60,460 nucleotides of DNA. It comes from Tubiluchus corallicola (lineage: Eukaryota; Animalia; Priapulida). Location of the stretch: the NCBI GenBank assembly GCA_030141605.1, contig JAQGDQ010000786.1, positions 35,488-95,947 of the forward strand, written 5' to 3'. The position numbers and the translations under genes are program-made. Below, in pieces: positions 49,888 through 60,460 of the stretch. Every line of letters starts with the position of its first letter. The first letter of the stretch is position 1. The notes below the pieces were generated by a model. That model was given only the letters and a program-made list of their open reading frames with translations. It had not been told where the DNA came from and made no database searches.

Positions 49888-52813
49888 AGAAAAACGAGTC
49901 TTCTTACACAATAGGTCAATGCTGCCATAAAAAGCTAAGCGGCGATAATAAAATGGCTTTTTTGACTCGATTATTCGACAGCATGCGCGCGCGCTACGCT
50001 TGTAAACAAGCATATGACCTAGATTCTTAAAAAAGCTAAGCACAGATATTGATGTTTTTATGTTGAGGTTAAGCCAACGCGAAACATATATTGAGGGGGA
50101 GTGCTTCAATTTCAGGGGAGGAAAAGGATGGTTACCAAGGCGATGATGCATTTTCTATTCGATAATCGAGACAGCAGATTTTCAGATGTGTCGGTGTTTC
50201 CCTTAGTATGATAAAAAATATGCCAAGTTCCCTAACCGTAGAACTACCTAGTTAATATTTCGAACAAATTTTACACTTAGCTGACTAAATGCAGATTTTT
50301 TTGTAAACAGAACATAATGTCTGCTAAATTAGAACTGATTCTGAAGAGATATTTGGTTACTTGCGAGAGTCAAAGAAGGATCAACGTTACTGCAATTGTT
50401 TACAGGGTGACAGTTATAAAGTAATAGATTTTTAGGTAACAGACTTGGACTTTTCATCATAACCACTTTCTCGTCGTTCAGTTACAACAAAACCGGACCC
50501 AACCTTAAGTTGCTGTAGGTCAAAACAATCTACTCTTTAAAATATTGAAAGGGAGTATGCCATTTTTTTCAATAATGACTTACGTGAAAGAATTATTACT
50601 AGACAAGCACAATTTCACGTTCGTGCCACTAGTTCTTCGCAGTCACGTGCATTTTGTGATTTTTGCTATTTAGACGGCATTTCAGAAGCGCATTGCACAA
50701 AAAACAGGTGGCGTACCTCTCAGGTCAAAGGTGTTCGTCTGTAACGTAGTACACACGTTTGACAGCTTATGCGTGAGCACAACGGTAAATTTGAAATTTG
50801 AATTTTTTCTCAAAACTTGCCTAGTTTTAGTACAACACACTGAATATCTTACAGTAACACTGTAATTCAATTTTCGTTTTCACAAACACATGCAACATGC
50901 TCGCGAAATATTTTTGCTGTTGTAAATCATGTTCATTTGTGATGACCAATACTTGGGCTAGTATACTTTTTACCGTAAATGGGCTAGTATATGAAAAATC
51001 ATCCTGTCTTCTTTTAACAAAGTCGCCAAAGAAAAACAGTAATATTTTGAAGTCAGCTAAACGAAATAAAAGAAACACAGCTAACGAATGGGATCATATC
51101 TGCTTCACTAACTAGTATTTTTACGATTACTTGGTGATTAGTCTTGACAATAATAAATTCTCAGTGACAGTTTTACCGATGCCGGTTATAATTCAATTAC
51201 TATTACTCAAATTTGACAGTTTTAATGTAACCTTTAAACAACAAATTGCTCTGATCTATTGTTATATGCTGTCATAAATTCAAAAGTCACACTGTTTGAC
51301 ATTTCTTAGTATTTAGCATTAGTTATGTGCATATATTAAACGTGTGACCATTTTCAAGGTTTGGCGTTGCGCTGCTTAAACCGTTGCCTCGATTATTAAC
51401 AGTTAAATCAACAGCGGAATTGAAAACATGCAAAGTCGCTGCCCGACCTTGTAGCAGTATCGTAAACAAAAGCTTCCGCGAGTCAGTATAAACAAACCCA
51501 GCATGTATATCAAAATCAACGGTTTATAAATATAGGCTTTTTAAGAAGCACTATAACTGGGACCCATAGCCACTCAAGCTAAGTGGCGACCGTTACAAAT
51601 TCAATTCAATTTTATTTTCTCAATAGCAGTTAAAATTTGTCATAATTATTTTTACATTTCATTGCAACTGAGAAGGAGCAGCGAAAGACCTATTGGTCAC
51701 TTGGTCAGCTGCCCCTTATTAAAAATACAAGTTTACTCAAAGGCTCATGACATTTTTTAGGTGTTTGTGTATATATATAAATGTAAATTTTTACAAAGTA
51801 AAAGTATGAATTCCACATTTAACAAGCCCGGCGAAAAAACTAGATTAATAGCATCCGTTCTGCATCTAAACATGTCTAGGATATTGTAAATTAATAATAA
51901 TTTATTTCACACACATCTCGATATATTTAATGTAACTCTAATAGTTATTATTATTTATTACCTGTAAGGTATCACACATAGCTCCTACCTTGTTGTTATG
52001 CTAGATATTAGGGGCGAACAATCAAGTTTTTTCAGCGAATTCGATTCGAACCTAAAATTATATATTCCAATATTTCACTACGATAACTAACTACGCATGT
52101 CCGTTATCATTAAAACGTTTAAAAACGTCCAGCACATCTTAGTTGTCATTTTTCTGCGCAATTTTTAAACAAATCATTTATTTAGTGTTTTTACTGCAGA
52201 ATAAGATAAAGTAATATGCATGATCTTTGCAAGCTGCTTTTTATTAGTAATTTGAAAATTTATTCGAAAACTTCACAACTGAATACGGATTCGAAATCTA
52301 GAAATTTGGTTGAATTCGAGTTCGAAAAGTAAAAATTCAATTCGAATTCGCTTTCTGATAGAAAATCCCTACCCCTAAAAAATCGTTTATACAGCTACCC
52401 GGGGAGATTTATGACAGGATCTTGTAATCACCCAGTTACGCCATAGATATCGATGTACGACAGGCTCGAGAGGACAATGCAGCTTTAAAAAACACGCGTC
52501 ACGTGATCAGGGAATGCTGGGAAGACGCGTGACCTACATTCCCTGAAAGCAGCTGAAGCGAATCGATGACTGGAGGGAAAAATAACTTTCACTGCATATA
52601 TTCCAGAACGTTAATGAAATTCCAGTAAAAACTGTCGTGCGGGCGACGTGAATAGAAATAATTGAAATGAATGTTTTCCAACGCATCTGTTATGATCATT
52701 TTTATGTGTGCGATTACAATAGATCTTCCTGACAAGGTAAACCGGTTACCAAAAACATAACTTATTAAAACCTTGAAGACTCAGGCCTCATCGTTCAATC
52801 ATAAGCTTTAGCT

Positions 52814-53699
52814 TAGGGTTGCCAGATTAGAAAATTAGAAATACAATTTTATATGGCACTCTTAAAATCTTTGTAATCTTACATAGCGCGCTTAAAATCT
52901 TTGTAATCTTATATGGCACTCTTAAAATCTTTGTAATCTTATATGACACTTTTAAAATCTTTGTAATCTTACATAGCACGCTTAAAATCTTTGTAATCTT
53001 ATATGACACTTTTAAAATCTTTGTAATCTTACATGGCACTCTTAAAATCTTTGTAATCTTACATGACACTCTTAAAATCTTTGTAATCTTACATGGCACT
53101 CTTAAAATCTTTGTAATCTTACATGGCACTCTTAAAATCTTTCTATATAATTACAATTATATAAGTTTATACACACCCAGGCCACAATATAACAATATAA
53201 TTATTATATAAAAGTAGAGACACAAGTTGAAAACATAAAGCAAGGATTTTAATGGGTTATGGGGAAAACAAAAGTAAAATTATTTGAAAATTTAATACAG
53301 ACAGCAGAGAATTATTATTATTATTTTAATACAGGCAGATATATATATAACTAAAAATATTCTGAGAAAGTGAAACCATTGCAAAATTCTTATTCAATGG
53401 GGACAACATAAAAATGTAAATTAAAATAATTTTAAAAGGTATTATTTGATGCAAACAATACAGAAAATGAACTAAGAATTTGGTTTCATATGGAGAATAG
53501 GAAAAGAACAAACTCAACTGAGAAAGTTCCTTTCTTCACAGACCACACAGAAACTGAACTTGTACCTTTAATTATAGTTACGAAATTTGAAAATAAACTA
53601 AATACGGGACATTGGACGTCCCTGAAGGGTCAGTGCAGGACAGGGGACAAAATTATGAAATTACCATGTCCGGTATATAAGGGACGTCTGGCAACCCTA
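52814..53699. mobile_element. hAT-like MITE carrying an internal 30-bp minisatellite (about 52850-53142, about 10 copies)
   Basis: TIRs TAGGGTTGCCAGA / TCTGGCAACCCTA, imperfect 8-bp TSD CTTTAGCT / TGTTAGCT, and internal unit CTTAAAATCTTTGTAATCTTACATGGCACT. Confidence 0.88.
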
Positions 53700-55003
53700 T
53701 GTTAGCTAAGAAAATATTCTATTACATGCAATTTTAATGTATCCATGTAAACCACAATCTTTTGTTTATCTAGTAATTATAATAATTTGGAACTAATTTC
53801 AACTTCTACATTGTGCATCTGATACTAATTACACAGACTCAACTTTCATCTACCCCCACCCCTGACTCCATAAAACGATTAAAAATGAAAATTTTTAAAA
53901 AATTATGTAACCTAATACGTGTCATGTTAGTTTTGTAATGTCAAATGTATAAATAGTGTAAATGTAATGAGTGGAATTTATGTAACGTAAAGCATGTTTC
54001 TGTTAATTGTGTCATGTCAAATGTATATGTAGTGGAAAATATGTCATGTAAAATTTAATGTACTTTTGTAATATTGTTTTGTAAAAATATTTTAATATGG
54101 TGTTTGTAAATATGTTCATTTATTGTATATAATTAGGCCTTAGTTTTGCACTTTAGTTTTTTTTAGTCTGCACTGGACGCATTTGTCTTGAACAGTGTTG
54201 TTATTTTAACATTACGCCGAGGCTTACTCAATTTTATTATAATGAGTGAACCATTTTAATGACAAATAAAGAATTAATATATATATATGTAGCGCATTAC
54301 ATCAAGTGACTCGATTCTCGATACACTTTTACAATTAAAATTTGTTATAATTTACAATTATGCTCTGATATATTGATTACTAAAGTAATCATCCTACATT
54401 CATAAAATTATACTAGTTGTAGATAATGCTATAAGATTATAAGATCGATTTTAAAAGCCAGTGTAAAATCGTACCAACATATTCTACTCTAATGTACAGA
54501 TTTTTGCTACGATCCATGCTGCTGTCTAAACAGGTATGCTTCTAAGTGCTTTTTAAAATTTGTAGTGATGGTAACTGAAGCATAGATAATAACGGTAAAC
54601 GAGTCCAAAATCATGGAGCAATAACCTTAAAGGCACGACAGCCATGTGATTCCTGTTTGTATTAAATGTAACGGATCAGTTGCCGCATGGGCACGACACC
54701 GTAGAGCCAGACAGCCACTTATCCTGCTAACTGTGGCAGGACTGGAATCTACGCTCTCGCCGATCAATGTATCATTTCCTTTGATGCAGCAATAACTCGA
54801 GCGGCAGAGGTCTGAGCCTCGCTCATGTATTAATTAAGTCTTCCTTCAACACGCGAATCACCATGGGGAATAAAGCCACCCATCCATTTATTCTTAGGTT
54901 TCGAGTTGCTTAACTTCACTCATTAAGCACAGTCATGCAGCTAATTCATAACCCTAACACTCTCAATCCAACCATCTCTGGTGTGCCTTACAGTCATAGA
55001 AAA

Positions 55004-55036
55004 TCTCTCTCCTCCCTCGCTCTCTTTCTCTCTCTG

Positions 55037-55106
<70 letters not shown>

Positions 55107-55165
55107 CCTCTCTCCCTCCCTCCCTCTGTCTCTTTCTCTCTCTCTCTCTCTCTCTCCGTCTCTCT
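55004..55165. repeat. (CT)n microsatellite downstream of the taxilin stop
   Basis: Directly visible. Confidence 0.97.
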
Positions 55166-55573
55166 TAACACAGAGGAAGAATCTTATTCTCATATTCATA
55201 GGACATTTCTGTACAGTATCGCCATCTACGAGCAGGACTGTAAACTCATCAGTAACTCATTACCCAAAACAAGGAACAAAACAAACCCTAACAAAAAGTT
55301 TCCATAACGGTATTTTATCTACATCAAATAATGTGATTACAAGAAATCATTGCATCTCAATAAACCTACTGTAAATTTAACACAAAATAGCAATATCATC
55401 ACTACATTAAACTAGTCAGGTTTAGTATAATACTCTTTGGGACAAAAGAACATCGTGCAAAAATATAATGGTTACCGTGGATAATAATGTGTTTTCTTCG
55501 TCTTAAATTTGGTTTCTCAAAAAAAATCACCAACGAAAATAATTAGTGTGAATTAATAATCAATCAGAAATTA

Positions 55574-56058
55574 TTATTGATCAGGTATGGGCTGCGTATT
55601 TAAGGATTCATTATTTTGCTCCGGTTCTTGGTTTTCTATAACTTGTTCCTTGCACTCAACTGACTCGGCTGGATCGTCACCAATAGAAGCCACTTCACAC
55701 AGAGGGGGCATCTCATCAACAACCAGTGCAGTATTCCCTTCCAATGATTCCGTCTCGGAAGGAGGATCTCCGACCTTCCCTTCCGTCGGTTCTTCAAGAC
55801 CCTCTTTTTCCGTCTGGTAATCCACGTCGGGACTTTGGCTACCGACGGGAGTACACGGTGGAACGGCAGGTTCGGTCGATTCTTCGTCCATTTTCGACTG
55901 ACCGTCCGGGCTCTCTCTCTCCGTCATTACTGCTTCCTGCTGGATGTCATGGTCACTGGTTTTTCCTAAAATTGACTCCCCCGCAATGCTCTCGGTGGCA
56001 GAATTAGGCTGAGAAACCTCGGCTGGCGTTGGAGGTGGGGTCTTTAGCAACTCCTCCA
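55574..56058 (-). CDS. TXLN: Taxilin terminal exon (acidic, Pro/Glu/Ser-rich disordered tail)
   Basis: TTTTGTAG acceptor in phase 1. Open for about 160 codons to TAA. The low-complexity acidic tail is typical of taxilins. Confidence 0.85.
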
Positions 56059-56378
56059 CTACAAAAGAAACACTTTCATAACAGGTAGCAGAAAGACTAA
56101 TACAACGAGTTTCACTGACAATAGCATAAACAGCAAAGAACTAAAATAATTTTAAAATTTTATTTATTTTTGGTCAAATAATTAAAAAACGTACTTCACA
56201 TTTATCATCACAAGTATTTACTTTTAAAAAATTTAATAAAATCTAAAATTAGTTTATATTGACAATTCAAATATACAATTTTCGAAGTAATTTGACTGCG
56301 TTGCAACAAGCAAAACTTTAACAGATGTTTGTTATGAAAACTGAGCAAAAAATAGCTAAATAAACATGAACAACAGAT

Positions 56379-56874
56379 TTAAAGGCAAGGACACGTCACT
56401 TATCATATTAGGTTGAAATTTGCAAACAATACAGTGTACAGAAAGTCAAGTTAATTTATACTACCCATTGAATAGAAATTTTCAGGTGCAGTAGTGGCCA
56501 CCATTCACTTGAAAATCATGATGTAATTGATGGATTCATGGCTTCTCGTAAGCACATGGCATATTTTACTAAGCACATCAGTTAAAACAATTCAAACTTC
56601 TACACCTAACCTAGTATTCATGTAGAAACATCACGAAATTGGCTGTCAATTTTTTTGAAAAAAATACTTTTCTCCCTGACACAAAATGACAGCGTGCTGC
56701 TTTTATTGAGACAACGAACCACGTCATTCGTGGAAAAATGGCATTGAAAATGGAAGTGCCCTACATTAAAATGATTTTAATAATTAAATGGGACCTTATC
56801 GCTCTTTTATTAGTAAATTTCTGTGGATAATGAAATAAGCTTCACCTTCCCAGAATGCTTGGCCTTTCCTTTAA
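56379..56874. mobile_element. MITE family D, copy 3
   Basis: TTAA-AGGCAAGGACACGTCACT ... GCTTGGCCTTTCCT-TTAA, and shared CCATTCACTTGAAAATCAT. Confidence 0.82.
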
Positions 56875-57162
56875 AATAACGAAAGATGGGTTTGTTTATG
56901 TTTAACGTCAGTAAACAAAATATTTGTCCTCAGCTTCTGCTTGGCAAACAAACAAGTCCCCACAAATTTGTCAAAATCAGGCCGTTGAAGGGAAAATTTA
57001 ATTGACTATTCATGGAATTCTCCCAACAGGAGTACAGCCTGCATTTACGGAAAGATACTAAAATATTAGTGTGTGTATGATCATGAATGTGTCAAGTAGT
57101 AAATTTAACATTTGTCTAATCACTTAATTTAAAACATTACACTTTTCATAAGCAGATACAAA

Positions 57163-57496
<334 letters not shown>

Positions 57497-57567
57497 TTCA
57501 AGATAAATCATGCTCAGTTTAATATCTTCCCATAACTTAACACTACTTTCATTTCTTTCATATTTAC

Positions 57568-57679
57568 CTTCATCGCTGGCTTTTGAAGCGTTCCGTTCCG
57601 CTTGTAACGCACGTGACAACGCCTCCAAACGTTTGACTCGTGCTTGTAGAACCACCAGTTCTTTCTCCCTTTGCACTTT
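57568..57679 (-). CDS. TXLN: Taxilin penultimate exon
   Basis: TGTTATAG acceptor and GTAAAT donor. Encodes KVQREKELVVLQARVKRLEALSRALQAERN. Phase 0 to 1. Confidence 0.93.
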
Positions 57680-57928
57680 CTATAACAAACACAAAGCTCA
57701 TACAGAACAAATACAAATATTTGCAAATGACATCTTCTTTCTGAAAAAATCATAATCTAAGCCCTTCTTCAGCATATCAAACACACAGCATTTAAGCACT
57801 TATATAAAAATGACATTTTCACGACTTATTGGTAAAACATCTTTCTAAATCTAGAAAATATAGTGGCCTAGTGGTCTAGTGGATCTGCAATGTAAGGGAA
57901 AGGTTCCTGGTTCAAATCCCTGCCCATT

Positions 57929-57929
<1 letters not shown>

Positions 57930-57976
<47 letters not shown>

Positions 57977-58230
57977 CTTTATTTAAAGTCAGCTTTTGGG
58001 TCAACAATTAACATTAGCTCAAAGAGCTATTATCGGCGACTGTAAATAACAACCTACAACTACATAACAGAGACTATTATTACCCCACTTTTACCCTAAA
58101 TATCACGCGTCAGGCAGGGCAACAGCAGGTACCATTTTTAAAGTCTTTGGTATGACCCGGCCGCTGGTTTGAACTCACGACCTCCCAGACGGAAAGCAGA
58201 CACATTACCACTAGACTAAACCGTCTGGTC
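57930..58230 (-). mobile_element. tRNA-derived SINE, copy 2, with (ATT)n tail
   Basis: Same body as 6444-6698. Abuts a plus-strand tRNA-like head at 57862-57925 (TGGCCTAGTGG ... GGTTCAAATCC). Confidence 0.88.
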
Positions 58231-58702
58231 GCATAACTGTTTCAACTCATTCACATTTCTTGTCTTTTAAAGTTTCATATCAAAGTTTAATTCATTGCAA
58301 GTTTGTGACACCACCTTCCACAACATGATGAAAACTTATTGGAAAGCGCACGGAAAGACATCTTTGTCAAAAGCGGAAGTCTGAAAGATGATAATTGTAA
58401 ATGATGAAGGAAATCAAAATGTTTTTATTTTTTTCCTTCAGAAGCTTTCACCAGTCACATGAGTGCATGTATGTGTGTTCGCATGTGTGTGCATGTATGT
58501 GTGCATGAGTGCATGTATGTGTGTTCACATGTGTGTGCATGTATAGAAATAAAATGCACGTTTAATATTAGTACTCAAAAATGAACAACTATTCATTTAT
58601 TCACAAGGATCTGTTTTAGTAAAACACCCCAAGAAGTTACTGTTAAATGTGCCCAGTTAAAGAGCAACAACGTAGTAAAAGGGATAAGACGTATGTTAAG
58701 AA

Positions 58703-59060
58703 TTAACCACTTCACTGCCGTGCGATTTGTATTCTAGCTGGCGCGCAAGAATGTTTTAGTAAAATAAAAAGTTGCTACTGCTATGTTGTTATAGTATGGT
58801 TATTACTACATCATCACCACTATTGCCGTTGTTGCCATCATAACTGTTGTGACAACACCCCCTTTGTATGTTTTTTGGTCATGAATGTTTTGTAGCTTGT
58901 ATATCATCTTTTTAGACAACAGAGGACACCACCGTTTTCAAAGCTAAATTCCTCAATTGCACGTGGCGTGTGTAAGTATTATTGCTGCTGGCGTAGGCGT
59001 CAGTTAATTTGCATATTAAGCATGACAGTAGAGTCTCGTCATACAGGCAGTAAAGTGGTA
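58703..59060. mobile_element. piggyBac-like MITE (degenerate)
   Basis: TTAA-CCACTTCACTGCC ... GGCAGTAAAGTGG inverted termini. Confidence 0.55.
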
Positions 59061-59104
59061 GAAGAAAATTATAAATATAACAAGTTGCTCTATTTCGTTC
59101 TCAC

Positions 59105-59200
59105 CTCCTCCGCCATGGCGATTAGATTCTGATTGCTCGTCTCCCATCTGGATTTCCATAAACTCGTCTCCTTCTCTAACTTTTTAATTTTCTTTGTCAT
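59105..59200 (-). CDS. TXLN: Taxilin internal exon
   Basis: TTTTTTACAG acceptor and GTGAGA donor. Encodes MTKKIKKLEKETSLWKSRWETSNQNLIAMAEE. Confidence 0.95.
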
Positions 59201-59617
59201 CTGTAAAAAAATTCTCCTTCTTATTTTTCCCACAGAAGATTTCTAAAAGTGAACAAATCGTGAAAAGGGAACACTTTATTAATACAGGACAGAACTCAAC
59301 AGACACGCATGCTCTTACAGGGCAGGCTTAGGCTCGCTTTTACTTAATTTCAGTTTCTAGGTACGCATCATACCCATTTGGCTATTTACCTAACCTCATA
59401 AACAGTATGGAGGCTGGATTGCATATAACACTGATTAAGCTTTATTTTTTTAAAACAACAGACCTTAAAGAATGAAATCAGTGAGACCCCACAATTCAGT
59501 TGGGGGGTGTGGTTAAGTGATGTAAGCTCCCCAGGTGATGCATTCACCTTTTTTGGGTGTATTTCAGGAGGGCTAATGCAACTGATATTAGTTATTGAAT
59601 GTGTTATGTTACTGTAT

Positions 59618-59930
59618 ATTAAGCCTTTTCACAGTTCCAGCGATTGATGATGATCGTAAAAGGGTCAAAAGTCAAGCGTATCAGACAACGCATTTGTGTA
59701 CCCTTGATAACGCCTAGCAGCCCATGCTGTTGTAACAATAACAGTGTTAGCAGCTAGCTAGGACATTACCTAGTTCATTTTTTCTTGTTCCCAAGCAAGA
59801 TCCTGTTAGTAAATCACTCTATGCACAGACTAATGCATAATTAAGAAAAGCCCATGTAAAACAACTGAAGTTACTGAACTAATGAGGCACACGGCTTTGT
59901 TTTACCCACACGTCACGCCACAACTTAAGA
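59618..59930. mobile_element. MITE family A, copy 6 (right end missing)
   Basis: ATTAAGCCTTTTCACAGTTCCAGCGATTGATGATGATCG... is colinear with the other copies. Confidence 0.88.
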
Positions 59931-59977
59931 CCAACAAAACTAATTACCCGCACTCCATCGTATACAAATGGACAAAC

Positions 59978-60145
59978 CTTTTCCATTTCTTGTTTAAAAG
60001 AGGCGAACATTTCATTACTCTTCGTAAGCGTCGACTGAAACTCCTCGTATTTCTCCGTGTAAAGAGCAACTTGAGCTCGCAGTTTTCCCTCATTTTCCTG
60101 CAAAATGCTGCATTTTTTCTGCATCTCTGTCGCATTCCTCAGCAT
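59978..60145 (-). CDS. TXLN: Taxilin family coiled-coil protein, internal exon (gene starts beyond the right edge)
   Basis: TCTTTCAG acceptor and GTTTGT donor. Encodes ..KLRAQVALYTEKYEEFQSTLTKSNEMFASFKQEMEK, a taxilin signature. Confidence 0.95.
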
Positions 60146-60460
60146 CTGAAAGAACACATTTGGCATCATCTGCATTACGACTATAGAAAGAGTTTTTTTA
60201 CTTATTTCGCACCACACGAAAAAGCATAAGAAGAGGCCACACTCGACAACCCATAGATCGCGCACTAATATCATATTCCTTAATGAATAGAGAATAGTGA
60301 CTTACAAAAGAAGCCTTGTTAAAGTCGTCCAAATTTTTTATTTGTAATTAGCTGAATTGTAATCAAAATGCTAAATAAGTTTTCGGTTAGAAATTTAGTC
60401 AAATTCCAAAACTTGTTTACTTTCTTACATTCAGCTGCTTCAGATTCATTGCTAGGATGG

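Overview
AT-rich, intron-rich eukaryotic DNA, most likely from an invertebrate animal. I could reconstruct four protein-coding genes with GT-AG junctions and consistent reading phases. (1) A TMEM63/CSC1-like (OSCA-family) channel on the minus strand, with 12 constitutive coding exons from 21456 down to 1281 (470 codons, running off the left edge) plus a candidate 33-nt micro-exon. (2) An intronless ARL2BP at 26052-26567 (+) with retrogene hallmarks. (3) headcase/HECA, 4 exons at 29757-38171 (+), 435 aa. (4) The last 4 exons of a taxilin at 60145-55574 (-). Introns and intergenic DNA contain several MITE families (TTAA/Kolobok-like, hAT-like, Tc1/mariner-like), tRNA-derived SINEs, a candidate 5S-rRNA-derived SINE, a decayed CR1 LINE, LINE 3' ends, minisatellites and microsatellites. 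The most interesting leads are a 5S-headed retroposon with an unrecognised GC-rich body, inverted MITE pairs bracketing a frame-neutral TMEM63 exon pair (possible circRNA with a stop-free circular ORF), a Rbfox-flanked micro-exon, a GCAUG-rich 31-bp array behind the headcase stop codon, a uORF chain in the headcase leader, and convergent CTCF-like motifs around headcase. All calls were made by eye. No database search or expression data was available.
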